A stretch of DNA of 64,000 bases from a virus. Taxonomy: Duplodnaviria > Heunggongvirae > Uroviricota > Caudoviricetes. The position numbers and the translations under genes were made by a program. Shown here in pieces: positions 47,358 through 57,271 of this stretch (positions within the stretch are counted from its first letter, which is position 1; the number at the start of each line of letters is the position of its first letter). The DNA lies in IMG/VR virus record IMGVR_UViG_3300042391_000580; one strand, written 5' to 3'. The notes beneath the pieces were generated by a model. It saw only the letters and a program-made list of their open reading frames with translations, did not search any database and was not told the origin of the DNA.

Positions 47358-49982
47358 TTACTGCATTAATTTTATGTACTTATCTATGTTTTTTGGCTCG
47401 TATTTTATACTCTTTAAAAGAGCATCCGATATAAATATCTGAGGTTGGTATCTTATTAGATAAGATGTATCTTCTTCTAAATATCTCATACCTAAATCTT
47501 TTTCCCAAACTACTCCTCCATTTTTATCTTTTACTGTAGTTGTCCATCCACCATCTTGTGAGCTGGCTTCTACTGTAAAATCATCTAAGTTTTTACTTAA
47601 TAATTCTGTAAATGAGTCTATTTTTTCTTCTGGTATTTGCTTGTATAAAGTACCTTTGAAAACATCCTCTACACCTTTTTTTGTTATGTAGTTTATAGGA
47701 GGTACTTCAAAACCTCTTTGTGTATTAGCAGGCATGTTGTTTATAGTAGTACCTATCTTATTTATAGTAGTTCTCTTTGACATCTCTATAAACTGAGGTT
47801 TTGTAAAAGGTTTTACTTTTACATTAGTGTTTTCTGCATCTACTCTATCGCTGCTATTGATATATTTTGATAACTCTATGTATGCTGCATCTTTAGAATC
47901 TACTATAACTGTTGGTTTCTTTTTGAAGTATCCTCCTTCTTTATTATCTGAAAAACCTGCATTTTGAGTAATAGTTATACTGTTATCTTTATTTTTATAA
48001 AAAGATATAGGTTTTTCTTTATCAAAAATATTACCTTCCTCTGTTTGTGGTATCTTATTCAAAACACTTTCAACAGCCGCTTTTCCTGATATTGTGCTTA
48101 CATTTGGTGTTTTAAAATATGAAGAGCTGCCTTTTATATCTGCATTAGCTTTTTCTAAAGAGTCCTTTTTTAAATCTTGTCTTATAAAATTGGTAGTAAG
48201 AGTGTATACGTTTTGAGTTGTTAGCCCGTTTAATACGTTAGCAAACTCCTCTAGTTTTTTACTGTCCTTTGCTAGTACCGATTTTATATTTTTTATACCC
48301 CCATTGGCTTTTAAGAATTTATCTGCTTTCTGGTAAGCTGCCCATCTTTCTGCTGCATGATCTTCAAATAAATCAGATTGTCCGTCTCTACCTGCTGTTG
48401 ACATTTCGTCTTCTAATGAAGTAATATACTTGTCTGGGTCTTCATTAAATACAGAAGTTAGACTTTTAGTTTTTGTACTATTGTACTCTTTTGAGTACTC
48501 ACTTCTTTTTATATCTAAATTGGCAACTTTTTTAGCTATCTCTGGGTGTATGTTAGCCATACCTGAGTTATTAAAAGCTGATTGCATAGATGCAGACAAT
48601 GAGTTTTTAGCTGCTAAGTCTTTGTTAATAACTTGACCTTTAGCATTGTAACCTCTTTTCTTCATCTCCTCAGCATAATGATTTTTAGCATCAATAGGTG
48701 TCTTATCACTATTAACAGCACTACTTATCGTAGTGTTAAATTCTTTATTTGTATTTTCATATAACTTTTTTAAGTTATCAAAAGGATCAAAGTCTTCAGC
48801 TAGATCACCTTCCATAGGTGACTCAGAGTAAGCCGCCATATTTGCTGCACCGGGTTGTCCAGGTGTACTGGCCCCATACTCTTTTTGCATTTTTGCTCTA
48901 TGTTCTTCGTCTTCTCTTTGGTTCTTTTGTATGTCTAAATCTAAGTCTTGTTTTGCGAAATAATATTCGTCTTTTTTAGTTTCTATAGACCACTTAGCTT
49001 GTGCCATATCAGCTATACCTCTTTTCCAAGACTCTCTTTCTAAAAAATATCCTAGGCTCTCTGGGTCGTCTTTTTTTAGACCTGAAAATGTAGAGTCCAT
49101 AATTTTTCTTTGTTCTTGATAAGCATCGTATCTAGCTTTTGCTTCGGATCTATCTGATTCTGATAAAGCTGTATTGTCTTTAGCTATACCTTCTGCTTTT
49201 ATATTCGCATCAATATCCTTATAAGAGGCTTCTTTGTACATATCTACAGATTTATTTGCCTCTTCTATATTATCTTTATACTTTGCCCAGCCGTTTATTT
49301 TTAGCTGTTCGTTTTCTTTAGATGTTAGTATATTAGGCATGTACTTGAATATCTCTTCTTGTGTCAAACCTTTGATTGTTCTTTCTATTAACTGACCAGG
49401 ATTATTTGGATCTGGCATAGATAATTTTTGCTCTCCTCTTAGATCCTTTAACTCTTTGATTTTATCCAAAGCTGTTTTTGTTACGTCTGTATATGGAGAG
49501 TAGCTTAGGCTACCTAAGTTATCTGTACCCCCTGCCATATAAGCATCAAAACCCCCTTTGCTTAAAGCATAAGCATGGTTTGCTGCATTGTAACTTTCAG
49601 GCTTTTTCTCTTTTACTTCTTTTATTTCAGAGTTAAACTGATATATTGATTGTGAGTTTGCTATTTGTTGTCTTACTTTTCCATCAATAGCTGATCCTAT
49701 ATAAGATGTTATCTGTCTAGCTACCACATTATCTGTTAAGTCTACGTTTGCATTAGCATCAACCATAGCAAGTAACCCCTGGAGTTTTTCTCCAAGGTAT
49801 TTTTTATCTTCGGGTCTTACCAGAGGTACGCTAGTTATTTTTGCAACAAGCTCGTCCATTTTAGCTAAGTTTATATCAAACTTCTGTTGCATGCTACTTT
49901 GTATAGCTCCTAAATACTTTATTGTGTTCCCTATTGGTATAGGTGAACCATAATTAATAGGTGTTGAATATGCGTTTGCCAT
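47358..49982 (-). CDS. large structural protein (874 aa)
   Basis: ORF; stop 1 nt before start of 1859-aa gene (translational coupling); promoter motif upstream. Confidence 0.55.
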   Translation of the reverse strand: MANAYSTPINYGSPIPIGNTIKYLGAIQSSMQQKFDINLAKMDELVAKITSVPLVRPEDKKYLGEKLQGLLAMVDANANVDLTDNVVARQITSYIGSAIDGKVRQQIANSQSIYQFNSEIKEVKEKKPESYNAANHAYALSKGGFDAYMAGGTDNLGSLSYSPYTDVTKTALDKIKELKDLRGEQKLSMPDPNNPGQLIERTIKGLTQEEIFKYMPNILTSKENEQLKINGWAKYKDNIEEANKSVDMYKEASYKDIDANIKAEGIAKDNTALSESDRSEAKARYDAYQEQRKIMDSTFSGLKKDDPESLGYFLERESWKRGIADMAQAKWSIETKKDEYYFAKQDLDLDIQKNQREDEEHRAKMQKEYGASTPGQPGAANMAAYSESPMEGDLAEDFDPFDNLKKLYENTNKEFNTTISSAVNSDKTPIDAKNHYAEEMKKRGYNAKGQVINKDLAAKNSLSASMQSAFNNSGMANIHPEIAKKVANLDIKRSEYSKEYNSTKTKSLTSVFNEDPDKYITSLEDEMSTAGRDGQSDLFEDHAAERWAAYQKADKFLKANGGIKNIKSVLAKDSKKLEEFANVLNGLTTQNVYTLTTNFIRQDLKKDSLEKANADIKGSSSYFKTPNVSTISGKAAVESVLNKIPQTEEGNIFDKEKPISFYKNKDNSITITQNAGFSDNKEGGYFKKKPTVIVDSKDAAYIELSKYINSSDRVDAENTNVKVKPFTKPQFIEMSKRTTINKIGTTINNMPANTQRGFEVPPINYITKKGVEDVFKGTLYKQIPEEKIDSFTELLSKNLDDFTVEASSQDGGWTTTVKDKNGGVVWEKDLGMRYLEEDTSYLIRYQPQIFISDALLKSIKYEPKNIDKYIKLMQ

Positions 49983-50002
49983 CTTTATCTTTATAATTTA
50001 TG

Positions 50003-50033
50003 CAAAATTACAAATTTTATTTGTATCCTGCAA
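50003..50033 (-). promoter_or_regulatory. minus-strand promoter TTG-N20-TAATTTTGCA for the 874-aa/1859-aa operon
   Basis: plus-strand CAAAATTA 50003-50010 and CAA 50031-50033. Confidence 0.55.
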
Positions 50034-50043
50034 ATTAATTAAA

Positions 50044-52152
50044 TTATTTTTTCTTCTTAAATCTACCACCAAACTTACCTACAGTAGTTTTTTCTTTAGC
50101 TTTTTTCTCTGCCTCCGTAGCATTTACGTTAGTTATACCATATGGATTTATTAAGCTATCTACTTGTCCTGCATAATCTTTTTGCGTTTCCGGTTTATAA
50201 TTTATCCTGTATGTACCATCGCCTTGTAGCTGTACTTGTTTGTTTAATGCGTTTTGTGCATTTGCACTAGCTACTGCGTCCCAATTAGTATACTGATCAT
50301 TAAACCTAGTGTTTCTAAGATTTTGCCAATCGTTTTCATAATTAGCTAAACCTTTGTATGTTCTAGCTTCATAACTCAATGCATTTTGGTTTTCTGCCAT
50401 TTGTTCAGCATCACCTATCTTAGCATTGTAAATATCTGCTGTATTTTGTGCTTGATTATTGAATCTATTTGCCTCTGTTATTGCACTTCCTGCAGCTGCA
50501 CCTTGATTTGCTGTTAGGCCTATATTTGCTGCTGCTCTTTGTGCGTCAGACATTCCAGATAAATTCTGTTGTGCTGCTACTACTGCTCTATCTGTCTCCA
50601 TTATTTTTTGTGTTGGAGATATATAGTTAGGTTCTATTCTATTTAACCTAGTAGCAACTTTTAAAGCTGGATTTAATGTAGGTGTTTGGTAGATTCTTTG
50701 TGGTAAACTAAGAAAATCATAGTTCACAGTTCTACTTAAATCTAAACCTGGTGGATCTTTTGGTGTTTCTTTAATTGGTTCTTGTTTAACATTAAACTGA
50801 TTAATTGCATAATCTGCGTTAGTTTCCCCAACTTGTTTTTCTACATCTGTAACATTCTTTAAACTCTCTGTTGACAATTTATCTCTTAGAGGTGATGTTT
50901 TTAATTGTCTTAATGTAAATATACCGTTATCATTTAAGAACTTCTTATCTTCAGGTGTTACTAGATTCATACCCATAGAGTATCTACCTGATGTAAATTG
51001 TCCAAGTTTTGAATCAAATCCTCTAGCTATTTCTTTTTCATTAAATGTTTGATTAGTCAAGTAATCTTGTGCTTGTTTTACAGCATCCTCTCCATAAACA
51101 CTTGCGTTACTTATTATGTTTTGTGCAGAAGCCGCCATTCTATCATTCATTTTTGATTGAAGTGAGCCTATTACTTTTTGTTGAGTGTTTAACTTAACAT
51201 TATTTTTGAACTTTAGATTACCTCTATTATCAATCTCTACATTCTCTTTAAGAGTGTCGTCTGAGTAAACTAAATCTGGGAAGTTTCTATAAAGTTGTTG
51301 TAATGCTTCTTGTGCACTTTCTACATCTCCATAAGCTTCTACTCCTGTTTTTTGTTTCTCTCTTTTTCTAGTACTAAATTTATTTTCTCCTAGTGCAGTT
51401 TTTTTCTCTCCTGTTATTGTTTTTTTGAACTTTCCTGCAGTTTGGTATTTAGGTAAGTCTTTTAATAATTTAGCTGCTTTTTCTTCGCTTATGCCATACT
51501 TATTTGCTAATTCAACAATACCTCCATTTTCCATTTTATAATCTGTAGAGTCTTTTTCTTTACTCTCTTCTTGTATTTGGAACATTATATTAAACATCAT
51601 TTCTCTATCTTTTTCGATAGGTTTTTTACTTTGTGCTTGTTTATATAATTGTTTTGATAAGTAGTCTGAATTAAGGTCAGAAGTCTTTTTATCTTTAATT
51701 TTTAACTTTTGGTCTTTCATCATGCCCATTAGTTTTTCTAATTCTGCATTTATTTTATCAAGACCTGTTTTTGAATTAAATCTATCTAGTATTTTGGCGT
51801 AAGTGTCTGTAGCTTTTGCTGGTAACCCTAGCTCTTTATTTACTTTTCTAGCAACATCTGCTCCAATTTTTAAATGGTCACTTAATATTCTAGTACCGTC
51901 CTCTAGTGCTACTGGCATACCTCCTTTTTCGTGAGTTTTACCTTGGGCTTTTCTTATACCTTGTGAATCAAATATGTATTCTCCACCTTCAATTTCAGCG
52001 TTTGGTTCTACCATAGGTTTCTTACTATCTAAGGCAAACTGGTATTCCCCAGTAAGTGCCTTGAACAAATCTTTCTTCTGGCCACCTTCTGCAAAGAATA
52101 GGTTTTCAAAAACTTCTTTTGGTATTGATATTTTATTCGAACTCGACATCAT
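50044..52152 (-). CDS. virion protein (702 aa), K-rich C-terminus
   Basis: ORF overlaps end of upstream 950-aa gene by 20 nt. Confidence 0.55.
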   Translation of the reverse strand: MMSSSNKISIPKEVFENLFFAEGGQKKDLFKALTGEYQFALDSKKPMVEPNAEIEGGEYIFDSQGIRKAQGKTHEKGGMPVALEDGTRILSDHLKIGADVARKVNKELGLPAKATDTYAKILDRFNSKTGLDKINAELEKLMGMMKDQKLKIKDKKTSDLNSDYLSKQLYKQAQSKKPIEKDREMMFNIMFQIQEESKEKDSTDYKMENGGIVELANKYGISEEKAAKLLKDLPKYQTAGKFKKTITGEKKTALGENKFSTRKREKQKTGVEAYGDVESAQEALQQLYRNFPDLVYSDDTLKENVEIDNRGNLKFKNNVKLNTQQKVIGSLQSKMNDRMAASAQNIISNASVYGEDAVKQAQDYLTNQTFNEKEIARGFDSKLGQFTSGRYSMGMNLVTPEDKKFLNDNGIFTLRQLKTSPLRDKLSTESLKNVTDVEKQVGETNADYAINQFNVKQEPIKETPKDPPGLDLSRTVNYDFLSLPQRIYQTPTLNPALKVATRLNRIEPNYISPTQKIMETDRAVVAAQQNLSGMSDAQRAAANIGLTANQGAAAGSAITEANRFNNQAQNTADIYNAKIGDAEQMAENQNALSYEARTYKGLANYENDWQNLRNTRFNDQYTNWDAVASANAQNALNKQVQLQGDGTYRINYKPETQKDYAGQVDSLINPYGITNVNATEAEKKAKEKTTVGKFGGRFKKKK

Positions 52153-54985
52153 AGTTTCCTGTTTTTTTATTGTATGTATAGTTTTTTATTGTCTTACCTT
52201 TCATCATAGATAAATACTCTCCACCATTTTTCATCATTGGCTGACCTTCTTCTGGACCTTCCATTTCTGTTTCTCCTCCTTGTATCTCTTGTAATAACTC
52301 TTGTATCATCTGTATTGCCTGTTCTTCTGGCATACCCATTTGTACTAATTGTTGTAAGATTTGCTTAGGATCAGCTCCTTGTTTCAAAGCTTGTTCTACT
52401 TGTGATTCAATTTGTTCCATGTTTGGAGTTTCTCCTTCTGCACCTTCATTTTCACCTTCCATTTGTTCATCCATCATCTCTCCACCTTCTTGGTAACTTC
52501 CTTGGTACCCTAGTTGCATACCTGCTTTGTTATTTTCATACCAGTTTGGTTTTTTATTTTGAACCATTCTAGACATAGTGGCTAAGTTCCCAGATCCTAC
52601 ATTAGCTAAGTTTGAACTGTATTTTTTATTTTGTTGTTCTTTAAAAAGTTGATCCATAGCGGATAGGTTTCCAGAGCCCACTTTAGCTAAGTTTGCAGCG
52701 TATTGTGAATCTTTCATATCTTGATTATCTTTTTCAGCTTTGGCTATAGCCTCTCTGTAATCTCCACCTTCTTGGTAGTAACCGCCTTTCCTTAGCTGTG
52801 GTGTTCCTTGTGGTGCTTCTTGTTGACCACCTTGCATTTGCTCCATAACCATTTGGATTACTTGCGTAGCTTGCTCTTCTGGAATACCTGCTTGTACTAA
52901 TTGTTGTAGTATTTCTTGAGGGTCTGCCCCTTGTTGTAACATACCTGCAACTTGTTGTACTATAGCTTGCATTTGATCTCCTCCTGCTTGCTCTTCTTGT
53001 GGATTACCCATCATCATTTGCCCTCCTTCTATTTCTGGTTGCATACCTCCGTCTTGGTAACCTAACATTTTAGGAGCAGCTTGCCCTAATCTTTGTGTTC
53101 CTTGAGTGATAAAACCTGCGGCTCTAGGTGCAGCAGCTTCTCCAATACCTATAGGCATTGCTTCAAATGTTGTGTAAGGAGATGCAGATAATACTGCAGC
53201 AGCATTAAGTGTAGCTTTAGGTACTAGCTTTAATCCCATCTTAGTTTTATTTTTTAATTTTTCAGATGCAGATAATGTAGGATTGTACCTATTAGCCATT
53301 ACTTGTTTTCTGTATCCTTCAGATGTTTCACTTTCTGGAGTATTTGGATTAAGCCATGCTTTAAAATCTCCGAAAGCTTTGCTAGGATTAGCCATGTAAT
53401 ATAAAGGTAGTTCAAGACCTAATTGATCATCATATTCTGCTTGAGATCTCTTAGCATCTAATTCTCTTTGGTAGCTACCTCTTGTGTCTTGTTTAAGCTC
53501 TGGACCTTTAGGTCTTTTAGACATATCATATCCTTTAGACTTCCAAAAATCTTCAAGTGTCATTGATTTTTCAGCAGGTGCTACTTTTGCTTTTGCTTTA
53601 GGTGTAGCTTTACGCTGTACCGGTTTAGGTGTTGTAGCAACTGGTGCCTTTCTTAAATTCTCTTTTTTAAACTTCTCACTTTTTAGTTCTGATAAAAGTT
53701 TTGTATTATCTTTTGATGATCCATCTGTATAACCTAATCTCTTAGCTTCAGACCATGGCATACCTGTTTTTTCTACCCAAGTATCTCTGGCTGAACCTTC
53801 ATCATACGATGTCTTAGCTGCACTTTCAGTTTTTGGTACAGATTTGTATCCTTCAGCTTCAAGTTGATTTTTAAACCCGTAGTATGTGTCTTTGTCCATA
53901 CCTTCTTCATACCAATCTGTGGCAACTTTTGGCTCTTCCTGTGGACCAAATACTGGGTTTCTAGCTGCTATTTCTGCTTCTACTCTAGCTGAATTTGGGT
54001 ACTTGTTGATCATATCATCTTCGTAACCCATTTCCTCTTCCCCACCTTCTTGGTAATAACCACCATACCTATTCATTTCAAGCGGTCTATCTTCCCCTGT
54101 CATGTTTTTTCTTTGCTCTTCAGCATAATCCTTCATGACTTGATTTTGTCTTTTTTGAGCACCCATTCCTTGTAAGAAAGATTTTGTACCTTTCAATAAA
54201 GAGAGTGCTGCACCCCCAACAGTGGCTCCTATATTTCCATTGGCTGCACTCTTACCAGTAAAAGTAAGTGCATCATCTAAGCCCACGTCTCCATAAGGGT
54301 TTACAAATTGAGTTGTACCCATTCCTGGAGTTTCTACTTTTTTTCTAGCTGCAGCTCCTCCATCGTCAGTTGGTTTTAGTTGCTCATCTTCTGTAGACAT
54401 ACCCATGTACATTTTATTGTAATCAGGTTTGTCAGTACCTAAAGCGTTACTTTGTGCTTCTTGTGTCGGAGATTGTCCAAAATTAGTTTGCATCCCAGCT
54501 GGATTATTCTGATACCAGTTAGGTGTAGGTGTTGGTGAAGCTTTAGGCAATGGTTGGCCATATTGATCTAACTCTGCAGTTCCTGCAAATTGATATTTTG
54601 GTAATTGCGTACCACCCATTTCATGCTTTTGGTTCCACATAGAGTAAGCAATTGCTATTGCCTGTTTTTGTGGACGGCCCTCTTTCATCAAGATTCCTAT
54701 TTTTTCACTAATCCAATCTTGTTTCATACCACCATCTTTATAAGCTTTAGTTTCCGCTACATAGCTTGCCCCTCCAAATTTGTAGTCTTGGCCTGGCTCC
54801 ATATATGTAGGTTCATCCATTGCCATACCATTCTGGTCTAATGGTTGACCATATAATGGATATGGTGTGTTTCTCATTGTTATGTCTTCACTAGGTATAT
54901 AGTTTATTGGATTACTTTCAGAAGCATATCCAGGAGTATAACCTGTGTTGTTTATAAGCTTAGATGTTTTTTTGTATTTTCTCAT
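52133..54985 (-). CDS. Q/M/E/G-rich internal virion protein (950 aa) with internal duplications
   Basis: duplicated ADPxxILQQLVQxGxPEEQAxQxIQ (52273-52408, 52825-52960), GGYYQEGG x3, shares 44-aa motif with next gene. Confidence 0.55.
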   Translation of the reverse strand: MRKYKKTSKLINNTGYTPGYASESNPINYIPSEDITMRNTPYPLYGQPLDQNGMAMDEPTYMEPGQDYKFGGASYVAETKAYKDGGMKQDWISEKIGILMKEGRPQKQAIAIAYSMWNQKHEMGGTQLPKYQFAGTAELDQYGQPLPKASPTPTPNWYQNNPAGMQTNFGQSPTQEAQSNALGTDKPDYNKMYMGMSTEDEQLKPTDDGGAAARKKVETPGMGTTQFVNPYGDVGLDDALTFTGKSAANGNIGATVGGAALSLLKGTKSFLQGMGAQKRQNQVMKDYAEEQRKNMTGEDRPLEMNRYGGYYQEGGEEEMGYEDDMINKYPNSARVEAEIAARNPVFGPQEEPKVATDWYEEGMDKDTYYGFKNQLEAEGYKSVPKTESAAKTSYDEGSARDTWVEKTGMPWSEAKRLGYTDGSSKDNTKLLSELKSEKFKKENLRKAPVATTPKPVQRKATPKAKAKVAPAEKSMTLEDFWKSKGYDMSKRPKGPELKQDTRGSYQRELDAKRSQAEYDDQLGLELPLYYMANPSKAFGDFKAWLNPNTPESETSEGYRKQVMANRYNPTLSASEKLKNKTKMGLKLVPKATLNAAAVLSASPYTTFEAMPIGIGEAAAPRAAGFITQGTQRLGQAAPKMLGYQDGGMQPEIEGGQMMMGNPQEEQAGGDQMQAIVQQVAGMLQQGADPQEILQQLVQAGIPEEQATQVIQMVMEQMQGGQQEAPQGTPQLRKGGYYQEGGDYREAIAKAEKDNQDMKDSQYAANLAKVGSGNLSAMDQLFKEQQNKKYSSNLANVGSGNLATMSRMVQNKKPNWYENNKAGMQLGYQGSYQEGGEMMDEQMEGENEGAEGETPNMEQIESQVEQALKQGADPKQILQQLVQMGMPEEQAIQMIQELLQEIQGGETEMEGPEEGQPMMKNGGEYLSMMKGKTIKNYTYNKKTGNYDVEFE
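52273..52960 (-). repeat. two ~135-bp diverged direct repeats within the 950-aa gene
   Basis: plus-strand ctggcatacccatttgtactaattgttgtaagat (52310s) vs ctggaatacctgcttgtactaattgttgtagtat (52870s). Confidence 0.55.
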
Positions 54986-55001
54986 TATATTTTTATTAAT
55001 T

Positions 55002-57200
55002 TTATTTTCTACTAAATAACTTTCTTCCTAAAAACTCTGCATCTTTTCTATTTTTTGAGTCTATAACTATAGTTGTATCTCCTTTTTTAAACCTATCTGT
55101 TAAATAATTAATATCCGGTTTTCTACAGTTAACACAGCCATAGCTAGCATATCTATTTTTTGCCTCTTGTGAGTATAGTGGATTTCTGTTCTTAAAATCA
55201 TATGTTACATGCAATGCTACGTCTTTTGATTTTGGTGCTGGTTGTCCAAAAGCTGGTATAGGGTTTATCCTAAAACCTGGTTCTCCATATATATCAGCTT
55301 TAGGGTCCATTACATATGCACCTACAGGTGTTCCCCTAGATTCTGGGTGTGTTTCTAAATAGTGAACGCCCCTATTATTAACGTTTTGATCCGGGTTTAA
55401 GGCTGTTAATACTGGAAATGTTCTTGTCACTACTCCATCTTCTACTACATAACTAGTATTACTTCTCTTATCTGTAATAACTCCATTTTGTAGGTTTTGA
55501 GTGTTCCCAATATTACCTGTTATAAAATCATTAAATATATCTAACCCACTTCTATTTGATAAAGGACTCCTGTTTTCTTTATTTAATTTGTTAACTGTTT
55601 TGGTATCATTTTTAGCCTTTCTTATAGGTGCAGCAACAGATTTTTTAGTTACAGGTGGTTTTCTATCCCATAGTGGGTTAATAGGCACTTGAGGAAAAAA
55701 CTCATTAGTATTTTCTGTATCCATTTTTTTATTACTTTTTATTTTAAAATTTTTGTCTTTTAGTTGGCTTAGTAACTCTATATTAGAATCTCTTGAGCCG
55801 TCTGTATAACCTAATCTCTTAGCTTCAGACCAAGGGAGTCCTGTTTTTTCTACCCAGTTATCTCTTGCTGAGTTATGGTCAAAATTACCCCCTTCTTGGA
55901 ATTGTTCTTGAGGAAACATTATGTTTTGTTTTTTTTCCACTGCTGGATGTCTTGTAGTTCTTTCCCATTCATCTGCTTCTTGCCATGTTTTAAAAGGGCC
56001 TCCTAAGTGCTCTCCTGTTTTTTTAAATTCTTCAATAGGATCTGCTAATGGTTTACCATATTTAAAACTAGGAATCAAATAAGCTGGTTCTCCATTTTCT
56101 CCACCTATAGACATAGCTAATTCAGAACTAGGTTCAGCATAAGGTATTCTATACCCTTCTGGTAACTTTTCGCTAGTTGGTTGTAAGAAAGTTAGACTTC
56201 TGCCGCCAGTTTGGTATTTTGACACCTTGGTTACACTTTTGCCTGTACTTTGTCCACCACATTTATGGCAGTTATACATATCTTTTTCCGTAGATTCAGA
56301 TTTGTCCCATGACCAACCACAGTTAGTACACTCTACTTCTCCTTCTATCTCTCCCCCATCTTTGTAAGCTGGCTCTTGTGGTATTTGGTTTTGGAGTTGC
56401 TCGTATTGTATAGCTTCGTAATTAGGTAATTCTATCTGTGGTACTTGGTAAAACGATGAGTCTAATCCGCTATCTTGTTGTTGTTGTTGTTGAATTTGCT
56501 GTTGTTGCTCTTCTTGTTTTTGTCTTAAGGCTGTAGCTTGGTTTTGTTTAGTTTGTAATTCTGCTAAAAAATCTTTTTCTTTTTGTTTTTGTAATAGCTC
56601 TGCCTTTGCTTGCTGTGCTTCTATTTCTTCTTTAGTAGTACCTATCTCTGGAGCTGTTATGTTTGCTCCTGGATCTGTAAATAAATTCATTGACATATCT
56701 GATTCATCCTCGTAATCATAGTTTTCAGATGCAGATGGTTTTAGACTCATTTTTTTAGATAGCCAATTTTTTACAAAACCTACGCTTTTACCTTGTACAA
56801 AAGGATTATCATGTATTGCTCTAGTTGACATTACATCTGAAATTGGTCTGTTATCTGCTGTTTTATACAATTTTTTATAACCAACAGCCCCTAAAAAATG
56901 AGCCCCATACAAATCTGCATGGGTTGGCTCTATACCTAAGTTTTTTTTAAGGTAGCTTATATTACTATTAGTAAATCTAACAGCTGCTTCTTGCTGTAGT
57001 TTTGTATTAAATCTGTCTTTCCAGTCATAGCCTAAGCCTGTCCATGTATCCTTTGTAAACTGGTAAAGTCCAGATGCACTTCCAAATGGGTTTTCTGCAT
57101 ACTTCTTCCCTGCACTTTCTGAACCCCTTACTTTTGCAAAGTAGTTTGTCAAATCGTTTTCAAGTTTTTTTACTTTCCCTGTTTTATCTTCTATGTACAT
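55002..57200 (-). CDS. virion-associated cell-wall hydrolase candidate (732 aa): SLT-like N-terminus, poly-Q, zinc ribbon, C-terminal L,D-transpeptidase-like Cys motif
   Basis: ENPFGSASGLYQFTKDTW; QQQQIQQQQQQ; CTNCGWSW...CHKCGG; H...ASYGCVNC. Confidence 0.5.
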   Translation of the reverse strand: MYIEDKTGKVKKLENDLTNYFAKVRGSESAGKKYAENPFGSASGLYQFTKDTWTGLGYDWKDRFNTKLQQEAAVRFTNSNISYLKKNLGIEPTHADLYGAHFLGAVGYKKLYKTADNRPISDVMSTRAIHDNPFVQGKSVGFVKNWLSKKMSLKPSASENYDYEDESDMSMNLFTDPGANITAPEIGTTKEEIEAQQAKAELLQKQKEKDFLAELQTKQNQATALRQKQEEQQQQIQQQQQQDSGLDSSFYQVPQIELPNYEAIQYEQLQNQIPQEPAYKDGGEIEGEVECTNCGWSWDKSESTEKDMYNCHKCGGQSTGKSVTKVSKYQTGGRSLTFLQPTSEKLPEGYRIPYAEPSSELAMSIGGENGEPAYLIPSFKYGKPLADPIEEFKKTGEHLGGPFKTWQEADEWERTTRHPAVEKKQNIMFPQEQFQEGGNFDHNSARDNWVEKTGLPWSEAKRLGYTDGSRDSNIELLSQLKDKNFKIKSNKKMDTENTNEFFPQVPINPLWDRKPPVTKKSVAAPIRKAKNDTKTVNKLNKENRSPLSNRSGLDIFNDFITGNIGNTQNLQNGVITDKRSNTSYVVEDGVVTRTFPVLTALNPDQNVNNRGVHYLETHPESRGTPVGAYVMDPKADIYGEPGFRINPIPAFGQPAPKSKDVALHVTYDFKNRNPLYSQEAKNRYASYGCVNCRKPDINYLTDRFKKGDTTIVIDSKNRKDAEFLGRKLFSRK
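56475..56492 (-). repeat. (TTG)6 microsatellite, encodes poly-Gln on minus strand
   Basis: ttgttgttgttgttgttg read directly. Confidence 0.8.
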
Positions 57201-57235
57201 GTATTTATATAAATCTATTCTAGTTATATTAGTGG

Positions 57236-57265
57236 CAAAATTAAGAAAAATTATTTAATTTACAA
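57236..57265 (-). promoter_or_regulatory. minus-strand promoter-like TAATTTTGCC (22-nt register) for the 732-aa operon
   Basis: plus-strand CAAAATTA 57236-57243; TTG one position off the usual register. Confidence 0.4.
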
Positions 57266-57271
57266 AATTAG

